DNA of 64,000 nucleotides, taken from positions 1 to 64,000 of the IMG/VR virus record IMGVR_UViG_3300047994_000374; one strand, 5' to 3'. The notes beneath the pieces were generated by a model. That model had not been told where the DNA came from, made no database searches, and was given only the letters and a program-made list of their open reading frames with translations. Made by a program: the position numbers and the translations under genes. Below are positions 28,217 through 39,530 of the stretch, piece after piece (positions within the stretch are counted from its first letter, which is position 1; each line of letters opens with the position of its first letter).

Positions 28217-29607
28217 TTAAATGCGATTGACATCCTCCATATAAACGACAACATTTTTGAATGTATGTCTATCTACACAGTTTAGTCGAACCCTTTTTAG
28301 TTGTCCATAAATTTCTACACTATCCACAAAAAGCTCTGCATTGTCTTCAGTTCGTAGGACAATATCTCCATGAGTTAGTAGTCTTGCTTCCCTATACTTC
28401 ATTAATTTTTTGTAATCTCGTTTAATGTTTTTTTATAAGCTAATAATTGTGATTCTGCGAGTGAAGCTTTCTTATGCAGTTCTTCTGTCAAAATGCTCAA
28501 TAATAATTGGGCAGCATCTATATGTTTATCGGCTTTTGATTCCCTGTTCCCGATTTTAATTTTCCAATTATTTTGTCCCGCACTGCCGCCCGTATAAGTT
28601 AAATTTACTTCATCATCTGCCCCAGTTAAAGTCATATGAACTTTCCTGATGCTTCGAATAATTGTTTCTAATTCCATTAATTTAATTTTGAGTGGTAATG
28701 TCGCTGTTAAAATGCGTTTCTAATTGTTTGCCTAATGTTGTTAGCTTATAATAAATTTTACCGTTCTGATTGATTGGCTCTAAAATTCCGGCGTTGACTA
28801 ATTTTTCAGTAGCAATATTAAATTCTTTTTTACGCATACCCGTTTGTTGTTGGGTAAATAATCCTGTTAATGGGTCGGAATCAATCATTTTTAAACCCGA
28901 GCAATCTAAGTTCTTCACATAATTCTAAATGTTTTTTAAAAGCCGCAGATGAATTTAATTCCCAAAAATAATGTTTTTGTAGAATAGATTTCAGGTCAAA
29001 ACGAAAATCGCTCGAATAAACGAAAGTATCCCAGTCTTTGGTATTTTCACGATAAATTGTTCTTACAAACAAATTTCCAATTTTAGTCCGAATCGAAAAT
29101 GACATATTACTTCTCGCGAATGGTTTCAACCCGCCGCACAGCCCTAAATGGATCTGGATCGGGAGTGTTCGTCGCATGTTCATTATAAAATTCACAAATA
29201 ATAATAGGTTTTAGATGCTCGGGGTCATTAAACAAATACTCAATTCGACAACCATTAGGAATACCAACTGTATTTGGATCTCCATTATCTGCCTCTTCTT
29301 GAGTGGAAGTATTGTTTTCAGTGGTATCAACCGGAACTGAGCATGCACAAAGAATTGTTGCCATTGCGATAAAAATTAGATTCTTCATTGTTGTTATTAT
29401 TATTTTCTTCTATATTGTTTTTAGTTAATGGAGATCGAGCGTTTGATTTACTTCTGCTTCAGCAATTCGCTTTGCCCATCTAATCATTGTATCAACTCGG
29501 TAAATGGGAAAGTTTTCGGAAATTAAAACCATTCGAATAAGCCCTAAATTTACGCCCGATCGAATAGATTTAGATACAGTTTTAATCGTTTCTTCTATCT
29601 TTTTCAT
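28217..29607 (-). other. cluster of small hypothetical ORFs including lipoprotein 29107-29388
   Basis: ORF track; MKNLIFIAMATILCAC lipobox-like. Confidence 0.55.
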
Positions 29608-29891
29608 ATAAATGATTTGATATTATAGTATCTTTTCAATAAGCTATAACCATCTTGTAGCGGCATATAATCTAAAAAAATTGTTTCATTTTTAATATGG
29701 TTAATGCTAAATCGATTATTATCTTTGTCTGCTACAATACAAAAAGTTCCGTCGTCAATTGTATAAAAACCATCTTCCCAAAAAAAGAATGCATGTTGTT
29801 TAATTCTATCGCATCTATTTCCAGTAATTCTTATACCACCTAACATCGTGGAAAATTCAGTCATGGTGAATTCGCAGATAATACAATTCAT
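29604..29891 (-). CDS. tail-family protein with N-terminal CxxC
   Basis: CIIC; YMPLQDGYSLLKRYYNIKSFI, like the 45994-47519 array. Confidence 0.7.
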   Translation of the reverse strand: MNCIICEFTMTEFSTMLGGIRITGNRCDRIKQHAFFFWEDGFYTIDDGTFCIVADKDNNRFSINHIKNETIFLDYMPLQDGYSLLKRYYNIKSFI

Positions 29892-30894
29892 TCGTGCTTT
29901 AACTTTTCCAGTAGCCCTGGTAATACTTCAGAGAACCGAGCGATATCCAATTGATTAAGGGTCGCTTCTTCTTCTGGATATTTGAGCATATGAATTCGGA
30001 GTTCTTCTTGAATATTTTCTTTGGTAATTTTAGATGAAACCATATCCGTTTCACATTCAATAAATAGTTTTTTAGCAGCGGCAGTTTTCATTCGGTGTTC
30101 TTGATACAAGAGTTCTGCTGCCATTAATCTTTCCAGAATATCTTTTTGATGTGCTTTAGCCACGAGCGAGTTCAATCAGAAAAAGTTTTCGCTCTTCATC
30201 TGACCAAGTGTTCCACAAGGCAAGCCCCTCTTCCGATACCGTAATCTCACGAACCGTTTCAAAACCACGACCTACCATAACATCTGACCACATTTTTGTT
30301 TCTTCACTTCGTTGCCGTTCAAAGTATTCCTTTTGACGGGTCTCAACGGTGATCTTGTGTGCCTTCTGACCTGGCTTGCTATTGCGCTGACTGATTTGAC
30401 ATTTAAACATTTAACTATCCTCAAAACTTTCTTCTGGTTTAATTTCTTTTGTTGATTCAAACGGCATCCAAATTCGAACTGCTAAAATGGTTAGGACTGC
30501 CGCTTGAAGAATTACTTTTATATCAATTAGGTATCCTTGGGTATGAACGACTTGTTGTAAAGTATAAGCACAAAGAACAGTGATACCGATCTCCAGCCAA
30601 AATAAACAAACCATCGCATTAACCACAAGAACATATTTATTTGGTATCTGCGTCCGCTTCAATGCGCTTACGACGAAGATGTGAATGAACCGAGGTATCT
30701 TCTTTGCTTACCGAACGATTGCTATGAGCCAAATTGCTTTCGTGAATTACATAGCTATCACCCGTATCAAAATCAACTACGCACTCTTCACTTGCGTTTT
30801 TAACTTTAGCATGAACTTCACCAACTTTACCGCGAAGTTCTTGACGAAGCTTCTCACCAACATAATTAACTAAATCGCCTACCATGAATAACAT
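29888..30894 (-). other. four small hypothetical ORFs
   Basis: ORF track 29888-30175, 30156-30410, 30411-30662 (membrane), 30637-30894. Confidence 0.55.
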
Positions 30895-30899
30895 ATCGT

Positions 30900-31175
30900 A
30901 TCTCGTTTCTTTTTTTAAGTTTGATGATAGAAGCCTATTAATTTTTCACAGGTAGGCTAATATCTTTTGGTCGCCCTGTTTCTAATCGTCCATTAAACAT
31001 TTATGAGGCAATTTTAACGGCGCCTCTTCCGTTTAGGCATTTAAGTTAAAGATAACCCGCATGCCAAATCTTTATTATTCTTCGATGTCCTCATTTTGAT
31101 TTTGGCTATTGGTCTGACCGTAGTCAGCAATTGTTATTAGTTTATACTAGTGAGCTAAAGCAAATTCCCACATAA
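30900..31175 (-). ncRNA. candidate structured RNA
   Basis: About 280-nt gap between genes with a C(UACG)G hairpin, an H-type pseudoknot and further stems. Confidence 0.3.
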
Positions 31176-31180
31176 TTTAT

Positions 31181-31480
31181 TTACTTCTTCTTGTTTTTAG
31201 AAGCTTGACCAGCGAGTTTTGCTTCGGTGGCATTCTTTTCTGAACGAGCCTGGTTGAACTCGCCTTTCTTTGAATCAAGCCACTTTTTAGCATTTTCGTC
31301 GCCGTTTTTGACCAAATCACGCGCAAAACGCTTCAAACTTGCCTTGTGGAACGCCTTTTCGGTCAATTTCCAGGCTCGTTTAAGGTTTCGACCGACAGTT
31401 CCAGTGCCGACTTCACCACGTCCTTGAGTTTGTTTTTGAACTTCTTGCTGCATCTGAGTTGTATCTTGAATTTGTTCCAT
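31181..31480 (-). CDS. small basic helical protein
   Basis: K/R-rich ORF with its own upstream intergenic region. Confidence 0.7.
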   Translation of the reverse strand: MEQIQDTTQMQQEVQKQTQGRGEVGTGTVGRNLKRAWKLTEKAFHKASLKRFARDLVKNGDENAKKWLDSKKGEFNQARSEKNATEAKLAGQASKNKKK

Positions 31481-31867
31481 GATATTTATCTTTCGAATTG
31501 CTTAATTTTGTAATTTGTTAATGAGATGTGAAATTGGTTTCGTCGTCGCATTTGAAAATATAACACCTGTTGTAAATCCGACAAGGGCTATAATGATGAA
31601 AGTTAAAATTTTATAAGTGCAGGTCATATCGTTTAGTTGATATTTAATTTTGATACAAAGATTAGTTTTCGTCCGTTATCTTTAGCTAAACAAATAAGCA
31701 TTTTTTAATCCAGTCAATACCCTGTCCGTCGTTCCACCATTTATCAATAAGCTTTTTAACTTCAGCTGCTGATTTTCCAATCGCAACCCCTACTTTTTCA
31801 CAATATTCGGTGGATACTGTTAATCTTTTCATTTGCTACTATTTACTTATATTGATAGGAGTTTAAT

Positions 31868-32593
31868 ATGCTTATTGCCGTAATTAATGAATCTACTTTA
31901 GTTTCAAATGCTGATTGTCAAACGATGTGCGCTGCGATCCAGGAGCAAATGAACCTTCATGTCGCACCAGCTTGGAATTCAAAACCTGCCACAATTATTT
32001 TCTATGCTGATAAAACAAAAGTTCCTGGTTATGCATGGGTAGTTAATATGATTGATAATGACGCTCAAGTTCAAGGGGCGCTTGGATTCCACGAAGAGGT
32101 TAGTGACAAGGTAGTTGCATACATAATGGCACAACCTATTCTTTCTAATGGCGGAACTGTATTAAATTTTGATTCAAAAAATCCTGGTGCTTATACCGTA
32201 TCTGGAACTTTGTCTCATGAAATTATTGAAATGTTTGGAGATCGTTATACTAATTGCTATTTTGATAATGGAAATGTTAGTTGGTGTGCCGAGCTTTGCG
32301 ACCCCGTGGAACAGATTGGCTACGGTATAATGGTGGATGGGAAAAATGTTTCAGTCTCCGACTTTTGTTTCCCCTCATTCTTTAATCCCTCTGCCACTTT
32401 AGCTTTAAATGCACCATTTAATTATTTGAATACAGTGAAGGTGCCCTTTTCTATTCTTCCTGGTGGATACGCAATTCAACGAACGGGTGGACCAGGAACT
32501 GAGACCCAGATAACAGGTGAGTTGATGCCCCAGTGGAGAAAAGATATCAAGCAAAGCGAATTCTCCCGCTTCAAACGAATTATTTCCCGTTAA
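31868..32593 (+). CDS. zinc metalloprotease-like protein
   Basis: AGGAG RBS; GALGFH, LSHEIIEMFGD, ELCDPVE, VSDF. Confidence 0.7.
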   Translation: MLIAVINESTLVSNADCQTMCAAIQEQMNLHVAPAWNSKPATIIFYADKTKVPGYAWVVNMIDNDAQVQGALGFHEEVSDKVVAYIMAQPILSNGGTVLNFDSKNPGAYTVSGTLSHEIIEMFGDRYTNCYFDNGNVSWCAELCDPVEQIGYGIMVDGKNVSVSDFCFPSFFNPSATLALNAPFNYLNTVKVPFSILPGGYAIQRTGGPGTETQITGELMPQWRKDIKQSEFSRFKRIISR

Positions 32594-33162
32594 TCTTTTT
32601 AGAACTCCAGTCGTGAAAATCAAATGTCGTTTTATTTGGCAGCATTCCAATCAATGGATGAGCTACGCAATTATGAACGAACCACCAAAAGTGATGTTTA
32701 TAAACTGGCTTATCCTCTTTTTTAAAAGTATTCACTCGCTTTTTGAATCGTTTCTCTGCTCCAGCCTCATCGGAACTTAAAAACTCTTCTTCTTTTTTCT
32801 TTTCAATTACTTTGCCCTCTACATCGACATTCCAAAACATTTTACTCTTCCCCTTTGCTAACTAACCAAGAAATTTGATATAAAGAATCAGCATCCAAAT
32901 AAACTTTATCTCCTTTATTGGCGAGATTGAGTAAATTTGCAATATGTCCAAGCTCGATTGCCATACTTTTCCAAATCATGTCTTCCAGCATTTGAACTTT
33001 AGCTTTTGAATTAAATAGTCTTCCCCAAAATGTTTTGCGCTCTTCTTCCATTGATTCGCGGTGGAGTTTAATCAGCGGCTCATAATGTTGACTGACGGCT
33101 TTTCTTGCCTCATAACACATTTCTTTTACTTTTTCGGGAGACATTTCAATAAATGGTGTCAT
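32580..33162 (-). other. two hypothetical ORFs (32580-32840, 32842-33162)
   Basis: ORF track. Confidence 0.55.
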
Positions 33163-33172
33163 TATTTTCTTT

Positions 33173-33418
33173 CTAAAAAGCTACTAATTTCATACGCCGT
33201 TCGAAATAATTTAATAGGTCTGGATATAATTTTTTGATGCGCTCTTTTGATAAAGTTATTTCATTATCGCTATTGTATTTTGTTAAGCTCTCTAGCCAAT
33301 CATGTGGCGATAGAAAACTATTTATAGAAGCAAGAGTTATGGCGTGCTCAATTTGTCTTATTATACTTTTTGATGTTCCATCGTAATGGTGTTCATATTT
33401 AATTTCAATATGTTTCAT
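33173..33418 (-). CDS. tail-family protein (terminal F)
   Basis: KLYPDLLNYFERRMKLVAF; paralog of the next gene. Confidence 0.72.
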   Translation of the reverse strand: MKHIEIKYEHHYDGTSKSIIRQIEHAITLASINSFLSPHDWLESLTKYNSDNEITLSKERIKKLYPDLLNYFERRMKLVAF

Positions 33419-33660
33419 TAAAAAGCCACTAACTTTATTCGTCTATTAAAATAATCAAACGCTTCTGGATAATATTTTTCTATTAACTTACTGTAATATT
33501 CTAGATTGAAATTTGGATTCGTAATTAAATTTTCTATCGCATCTTCCATTGAATCAAAAGCCGTGAAATATGTGAACATGTTATATTTTTCTTCTCGTTC
33601 CGCCAACTCTTTAGCTAACTCTGCAACATGTTCGTTTATTGTTTGTTGGAAGGTTTTCAT
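33418..33660 (-). CDS. tail-family protein (terminal F)
   Basis: KYYPEAFDYFNRRIKLVAF; TAATG-coupled. Confidence 0.72.
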   Translation of the reverse strand: MKTFQQTINEHVAELAKELAEREEKYNMFTYFTAFDSMEDAIENLITNPNFNLEYYSKLIEKYYPEAFDYFNRRIKLVAF

Positions 33661-33663
33661 TAT

Positions 33664-34254
33664 TTAGTAATATTGTATTTGTAGTCCAATGCTCTCGCCA
33701 CCCAACAATGTCTCAGGCTGATTATGCGGAGTGGAGAAGTCAGCCTGGATTAAATCTAAAGTCAAAGCTAATGAAATGTGCCGCTCGGAAATCATTGAAA
33801 AACCGATTCGTTCATTCAAGCCCAATCCGTAATGAGGATCGTGAGAGTTAAATTCCAGTGGGTCATTTGTATAAGCAGCTAATCCTATGCCCAGTCCAAC
33901 AAACAAATGATTTCCAATCCATTGCTGAACAGATGGGGCAATGACGGTCAAAAGGTGCGATTGCGACTCTTCCTCCGAGTAATAAGAGGTTCCCGTCTCT
34001 CGAAGTAACAAAGCGGTATCCTTATTTAAAAACCACCCCAAGCTCAATTGTGGAGCACTAAAGCCCACCTGACTAACATGATGAATATAAGTTCCATCGG
34101 GTGTTTGAAAGCTTTGGGTTAGCCCCTCTGCAAGTCCGACTTCAAATGTAAAGCCGTGTCGTTGTGGTAAGTTCCAATCAATATCCATAGCCTTAGCGGT
34201 AGAAGGCATAAAATAAATTGATAACGCTGCCAGTATAACAATTAAATGCTTCAC
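33664..34254 (-). CDS. outer-membrane beta-barrel-like protein
   Basis: Signal peptide, alternating hydrophobic strands, C-terminal IGLQIQYY. Confidence 0.6.
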   Translation of the reverse strand: MKHLIVILAALSIYFMPSTAKAMDIDWNLPQRHGFTFEVGLAEGLTQSFQTPDGTYIHHVSQVGFSAPQLSLGWFLNKDTALLLRETGTSYYSEEESQSHLLTVIAPSVQQWIGNHLFVGLGIGLAAYTNDPLEFNSHDPHYGLGLNERIGFSMISERHISLALTLDLIQADFSTPHNQPETLLGGESIGLQIQYY

Positions 34255-34795
34255 TTAATTTCTTCTCCCATAATCATTCTGAATTCTTTTTTTGTAAATG
34301 TTTTTCTTATTTTCTTAATTAGAGTGGTATAATAAAGTATCAAATTCTTTTTTCGCCGCGCTCTTACTTGCTCTGTCGTATCAATTGCTAAATCATTATC
34401 CGTTGAGGTGGAGAGCCATGTAGTTTTAATTTCGTTCTCCGCACTTTTTATTGACTTAAATCTTTTATAATAAGACGAGGGGCAAGCAACATCATCAAAG
34501 CTATAACCTGTCCAGTATCCTTTATTAACTTCGGAATAAATATAATAACAGGTTTTTTTCTTCAATGTTTCGACCAAAATTCAATGGCATTTTTTATATC
34601 ATACGAATTACAATCTTCTTCTTGACGAAGAACATTTAAATCGTTCTTAACCCCTTTAAGGTTATTGTTATTAAAATTATGATTTTTAATCAGGAATGCT
34701 TCTTCCGCTTCAGAAATTTCTCTGGTGCCATTATTAAATTTTTTAATGCTGCCAACACGAATTGCCGAAACTGAATTGTCATATTTATTTTTCAT
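34251..34795 (-). other. two hypothetical ORFs (34251-34577, 34562-34795)
   Basis: ORF track. Confidence 0.5.
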
Positions 34796-34825
34796 AGGGT
34801 TATTGTAATTCCAAAAGTGAATCTG

Positions 34826-35152
34826 TCAAGTAAAATTTAAAAGCAATTTCAATCTAGCTGTCGTGATATCAAATGGCGTATTACTCGGTAATTTTGTTGA
34901 ATTAACTTTATAATCCAAAACAAAACAAAAATCAGGGTTTAGTGTTATTTTTGGACTCTCTATAAACCAACAAATTTTTGCATCATTAGAGCCATAAAGC
35001 GAAAAGTATCGTTCCATAACGATCCCATCCGTATGAGTAAACGCGTAACGCAATTCACATACGCCGCAAAACGAAGACACGACCACGCCATCTTGATATA
35101 CTTTATCGCTATTCGATCTAAAACAATGAAGGCAAGTTTCAATTTTAATCAT
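34826..35152 (-). CDS. tail-family protein, LPxNTPFNIT subfamily
   Basis: CLHC/CGVC; LPSNTPFDIT; ends RLKLLLNFT. Confidence 0.75.
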   Translation of the reverse strand: MIKIETCLHCFRSNSDKVYQDGVVVSSFCGVCELRYAFTHTDGIVMERYFSLYGSNDAKICWFIESPKITLNPDFCFVLDYKVNSTKLPSNTPFDITTARLKLLLNFT

Positions 35153-35157
35153 AGAAA

Positions 35158-35484
35158 TTAAGTATAGGCAAGGAGCAATTCAATTCGTTCTTTTGAAATG
35201 TTGTATGGTGTATTGTTTGGCAGGAAAATTTCTTTATATTCTGCTGAATTAGTTTTACGCAATCTCAAGTCGCAAGTTAAAACATCAAGGTTAAAATTAA
35301 GCTTCCAAGTAATGGTTGTTGATTTGTAGTTGCCCTTTACATAATAACCATTCAAATAAGTTTTACTAATATAATTGTGAAATATGCCATTATCATATGC
35401 TAATTGACAGGGGTCGCATATCAATCCGCCAGGAGCAGATCTTAAGTCGCCGGAACAGGAGAAACAATTTTTAAATGAGTTCAT
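35158..35484 (-). CDS. tail-family protein, LPxNTPFNIT subfamily
   Basis: CFSC/CDPC; LPNNTPYNIS; ends RIELLLAYT. Confidence 0.75.
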   Translation of the reverse strand: MNSFKNCFSCSGDLRSAPGGLICDPCQLAYDNGIFHNYISKTYLNGYYVKGNYKSTTITWKLNFNLDVLTCDLRLRKTNSAEYKEIFLPNNTPYNISKERIELLLAYT

Positions 35485-35786
35485 GAGAATGTAATCAGTG
35501 TTTGGAGTTTTTGTTTAGTGATGTTTAGTGGTGTATTGTTAGGTAATTTGATAGAGGTATTTCCACCTCTATAATAACATTCCCTTACTTGCCCAAAATA
35601 ATTGGATATCCAAACGATCGTTATATTATCGAAAACTTTATACAAAATAGCTTCGTTATGTCCAACTTGATGCCTCAATAAACAATATTCGCACTCATGA
35701 TAAGAAATAACTGCATGGTGACCACCTTTGTTACATTGGTTAGGTCCGTCACAATTCCAACAAGTTATAAAGTTTTTTGCTTTCAT
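35481..35786 (-). CDS. tail-family protein, LPxNTPFNIT subfamily
   Basis: CWNC/CEYC; LPNNTPLNIT; ends KLQTLITFS. Confidence 0.75.
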   Translation of the reverse strand: MKAKNFITCWNCDGPNQCNKGGHHAVISYHECEYCLLRHQVGHNEAILYKVFDNITIVWISNYFGQVRECYYRGGNTSIKLPNNTPLNITKQKLQTLITFS

Positions 35787-35795
35787 TTAAGTTAG

Positions 35796-35865
35796 CGCCC
35801 CATCTTCGAGTTGAACGAAGGGAACTGAGCTTAGAAGGCTCTGTCGTAGATCCGCTACATGGGGC
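35796..35865 (-). tRNA. tRNA-Arg(TCT) with a short D arm
   Basis: Acceptor GCCCCAT/ATGGGGC; anticodon loop CTTCTAA; T arm CTTCG-TTCAACT-CGAAG; CCA not encoded. Confidence 0.75.
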
Positions 35866-35874
35866 ATATACATA

Positions 35875-37529
35875 TTAACCGATACTAAAACCACAAATAT
35901 TTTTAAATCGTTTTGGACATTTAATTTTCTTTGCCGTTATCATTTCCTTCTCTGTAGTCCTCTTCTTGCAAACGAATAAATACCAATTAGCTTTTAAATC
36001 ATAAGGATACAGTCCCCAATGAAGTTTTTCAATAACCGCCCACTTATAAAAGCCCGCCTCTTCAATATCGCCATAATTACCCATGACGGCAGCTTGGGCT
36101 TGTTTTAAAGTAGGATACCAGCCCACCGCTCTAAAATCAGATCGTTCTCCGTGTTCATTTGTATATACCCGCCCCGTAGATAGAACATAGATGGGTTTTG
36201 CTTTAGACCTCTTCATTTGGATTCTCATCAGGCAAAATATTTAATGAAATGGGAAACAGAATAAAGTTTGTTCCTACATTATCCCACTGACATTGCATAC
36301 TAAATAACTTTTTTGTTTCATTTAAATCATCACAAAGAACAGCAGGTCCATCATATTCATTGTTAGAAATGTAATGCAAGATTTTTAAACTTGAATGATG
36401 AGCTTCCTTTTCGAACTGAATTTGCTCCGGCTTGTGGTATAATTTTTGATTATAAATCATTCAAAACCTACCAACTTACTGTTTTACAAGTTGCTTTTAA
36501 GATAACAGTTTGAGCCTTTGCATCGCCCAAAATAATCTTCTCTTCATCTTCATCTGCGCCATTTATATCACAGAACGCCATTACAGCAATCCATCCAGCA
36601 CTTTTATTATGACAGTAGAATCCCGCAACCGACTGATTGAATTTCGTTGCCGTTAAACTTTGTCGTTCGCAAGTCCATGGAAAATTATCAAATGTATAAA
36701 ATAATCCGCTTAAACTTGGATCATCATCTGTCATAACTCTACCATCCGAATAGTCAGTTTCAAATGCCCAAGTCGTTCGGCTATGTAGTGTTTGTGCATC
36801 TGCCGAAACTGCAAAGCACATCAACATAAGACCAAACATCCATTTAAACATATTAGTTTCCACTTCCGACCAAGCTCTTCTCTACAAACGAATCAAGAGA
36901 CCAACCACAAGCCTCAATAAAGTTCTCAATCAAGAGGCACTGCTCTTCAATTGCTTTTGGATCTTCTTTTAGATCTTGCGAATAAAGCTTCTCAACTTCC
37001 AACGACACTTGCTCAAAAGTAATCATTTCAATTTTCCTGTTTCTACAAAGGTTTCCCAATAGGTTTTTAATTTATCCCAACTATCAACGCCCAGTGAATG
37101 ACCATCCGATTTACAGTCAATCATGAGTGTGCAAAAGATTTCAAACTCATTGGACTTCTGAATAGCTGAGCGCATCATAAAGTCAAGTTGAGTGTCTGAA
37201 AGTAAATGTTCAGCGCCAGGAGTCAATCCCCAAGCTTCAAAAAATTGTTTAACGAGTTCGAATTGCATTTAGTTATTAATTTCCCAATATATATTCCAGT
37301 CAAAAGCCAAAACTAATTTCAAAACATCATGGATATCTTTACGAACAACCCGACAACTATTGGGTAGTAAAACAATCCATCCACTCTCAAATGCAGGCTT
37401 ACATACAGTCATGCCTCGTTCTTCTGCCATCTCTTTAACGGATAAAGTCAATTGATGCAGAGTAGTTTTCTTATCCTCAAACATATCTTTTGTCTTTCGA
37501 ATGTGCAAATGGGAATTACCAAAATACAC
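35875..37529 (-). other. six hypothetical ORFs including secreted 36468-36863
   Basis: ORF track; signal peptide ..LMCFAVSADA. Confidence 0.55.
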
Positions 37530-37959
37530 GAAGTCTTAGTAATCTTTCAAATTCTTGCTGTGATTTGCATTCAATTTGCTCATCATTCAAATACCAACCG
37601 GCAACATCACCATTTAAATATTCGCAAGCTGGACCACATTCTCTATGTAGCTTGCCATTTAAATAATACTCTTTGTAATTAATATCTTTTGATCCGGCGA
37701 TTTTAAACATTTTAACGGTATAGATTATATTTTTCTCTATAATCTGTTCTGAATGATGAAATCCATCCCAATCATCCAGCCAATCATACTCTTCATAAAG
37801 ATCCATATCATGATAAGTTTCTTGGGCTAAAATCTCATCTGTTGCTTCTTTTTTCCAAGAAAAACGATCGATGATAGTATGTTTTTTATGCGTTCCGGAT
37901 TTAAACCGACCGCTGTTAAACATATCTTTGGCTACATGATTTCTTGGTAATTTTGACAT
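37516..37959 (-). CDS. tail-family protein with an LHRxxGPA repeat
   Basis: NGKLHRECGPACEY...WYLND; ends FERLLRLRVFW. Confidence 0.75.
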   Translation of the reverse strand: MSKLPRNHVAKDMFNSGRFKSGTHKKHTIIDRFSWKKEATDEILAQETYHDMDLYEEYDWLDDWDGFHHSEQIIEKNIIYTVKMFKIAGSKDINYKEYYLNGKLHRECGPACEYLNGDVAGWYLNDEQIECKSQQEFERLLRLRVFW

Positions 37960-37977
37960 GGTATTCTATTAATTTAG

Positions 37978-38059
37978 TGCCGCCGTGTGGAGTCGAACCA
38001 CTTAGTTAGAAACATTTCGTTTACAGCGAAACTTGTCTTCCGAGGCAAATCCCGTCGGC
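37978..38059 (-). tRNA. tRNA-Tyr(GTA)
   Basis: Acceptor GCCGACG/CGGCGGC (1 mismatch), discriminator A, TTTCG-CTGTAAA-CGAAA, long variable loop, GGTTCGACTCC. Confidence 0.72.
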
Positions 38060-38071
38060 CTATTCATATAA

Positions 38072-38099
38072 TATATAATAATTAATTAGCTGTTGTCAA
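38072..38099 (-). promoter_or_regulatory. sigma70-like promoter upstream of tRNA-Tyr
   Basis: TTGACA-N16-TATATA. Confidence 0.55.
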
Positions 38100-38294
38100 T
38101 AGCTTTAGGCATATTTTCTTTTGTTCGATTGCAATCCCAACATACAATATAATCAACGTCTCGCCCTGATTTAAAGTAATAAATATGCTTCTTATGCTTC
38201 ACGCAATAGTGAATCTGATATTCTTTATTCAATCTTTTTCCGCGTACCCTTCGGCAAATGCATCATTTTCTTTCTGTGCAGCTACGGCAGCTAA

Positions 38295-38636
38295 TCATGT
38301 GAATGGTATCAGCCTTCTAATTTGTTCAAGCGTAATTGTGAATGGGATGTTGTTGGGAAGTATAATTTGTTTTACGGTAGTATCGGAAAAATCAGTAAAA
38401 ATAACATATACAACTTCATTTTTAATATTACCATCATCTTCTAAAAAATCCCAGTCAATAATGCCGCCATTTTTTACTGGAAACTCCTTACTCATTGTAT
38501 TTGGCAAGTGGTATAGATTATCTTCGTCACTTTTTGGAATGGAATAAAACATCTTACATGGATCGCACTTGAACATAAAGTCCGCTCCATTATCATAATT
38601 ATAAAGTATCCCACCACATGAATAACAATCAATCAT
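38295..38636 (-). CDS. tail-family protein, LPxNTPFNIT subfamily
   Basis: CYSC/CDPC; LPNNIPFTIT; ends QIRRLIPFT. Confidence 0.75.
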   Translation of the reverse strand: MIDCYSCGGILYNYDNGADFMFKCDPCKMFYSIPKSDEDNLYHLPNTMSKEFPVKNGGIIDWDFLEDDGNIKNEVVYVIFTDFSDTTVKQIILPNNIPFTITLEQIRRLIPFT

Positions 38637-38938
38637 GAAAATACCAATAGCTTTTTAATTCGCTCTTCAGTAATATCAAACTCCGGAATAAAGTTTAGCT
38701 CAAACTGTTGGCTATTAAATATTCGATTTGTTGTGTCTGAAAAGAATGTGCATGAGATTACTTTATTATTAGTAATCTTCCATAATAAGGTGCAAGTTTT
38801 AAAGAATTTTTCTACATTCATGTACGTAACTGCGCCATTTATATAAACCAAATCCCATATATACAGGTTGCAACTTCGGCATGTAGTCCCACCTACTGTT
38901 TTAATAGGTATGGATTTTTTACAATTAGGACAGTTCAT
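38633..38938 (-). CDS. tail-family protein, LPxNTPFNIT subfamily
   Basis: CPNC/CRSC; IPEFDIT; ends RIKKLLVFS. Confidence 0.75.
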   Translation of the reverse strand: MNCPNCKKSIPIKTVGGTTCRSCNLYIWDLVYINGAVTYMNVEKFFKTCTLLWKITNNKVISCTFFSDTTNRIFNSQQFELNFIPEFDITEERIKKLLVFS

Positions 38939-39240
38939 AAGAATGTCAAAAACTTATGGCAGCGCTCTTTGTTGATCGAAAATGGCGTCGTCAGTGGCAT
39001 GTGAATTGTCTTTCGTGCATTCATGTAGACACACATGGTTATCACTTTGTTTTCCATTCGCCACTTGATTACTTCACCATCACACAATGTTTTACAGGCT
39101 ACCGCACCACCACTATGAAACATATCTCGCATCACAAATTGGCAGTTATCACAAGTATAATTGCTCTTTAGTTTTGGAAAGAGTGTCGCCTTGATTGTGT
39201 AGGATATTCCAAAGTCTTTGTTGCAGGAAGCGCATCTCAT
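38935..39240 (-). CDS. tail-family protein, LPxNTPFNIT subfamily
   Basis: CASC/CDNC; MPLTTPFSIN; ends RCHKFLTFL. Confidence 0.75.
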   Translation of the reverse strand: MRCASCNKDFGISYTIKATLFPKLKSNYTCDNCQFVMRDMFHSGGAVACKTLCDGEVIKWRMENKVITMCVYMNARKTIHMPLTTPFSINKERCHKFLTFL

Positions 39241-39530
39241 AGGAAAGCCTCTAATTTATCGAGTCGTTCTTTAGTTATGGTCATAGGTGTAGATGTGGGT
39301 AAGTCAATTTTTGTTTTTCTTGAACCGGTATAAATTGTTCGATAACATTCGTTTACCTTGTCGCCTTTCAAGGCAAGATGCCACTGAATAAAATCATCAT
39401 TTGTGAAATATTTTGAAACATAAATACAATTGGCATGATGTGAGAAATATATATCACACATATAGCATTGCCAAAGATTAGCTGCGGATGATGCTTGATG
39501 GGAATCTTTAGAACAATTTATGCAAATCAT
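39237..39530 (-). CDS. tail-family protein, LPxNTPFNIT subfamily
   Basis: CINC/CYMC; LPTSTPMTIT; ends RLDKLEAFL. Confidence 0.75.
   Translation of the reverse strand: MICINCSKDSHQASSAANLWQCYMCDIYFSHHANCIYVSKYFTNDDFIQWHLALKGDKVNECYRTIYTGSRKTKIDLPTSTPMTITKERLDKLEAFL

Noticed and set aside
30900-31180. tmRNA or group I intron
   Set aside because: No tRNA-like 5'/3' ends, and the P7-like match (GATTA/TAGCC) is mismatched; kept only as a generic ncRNA candidate.
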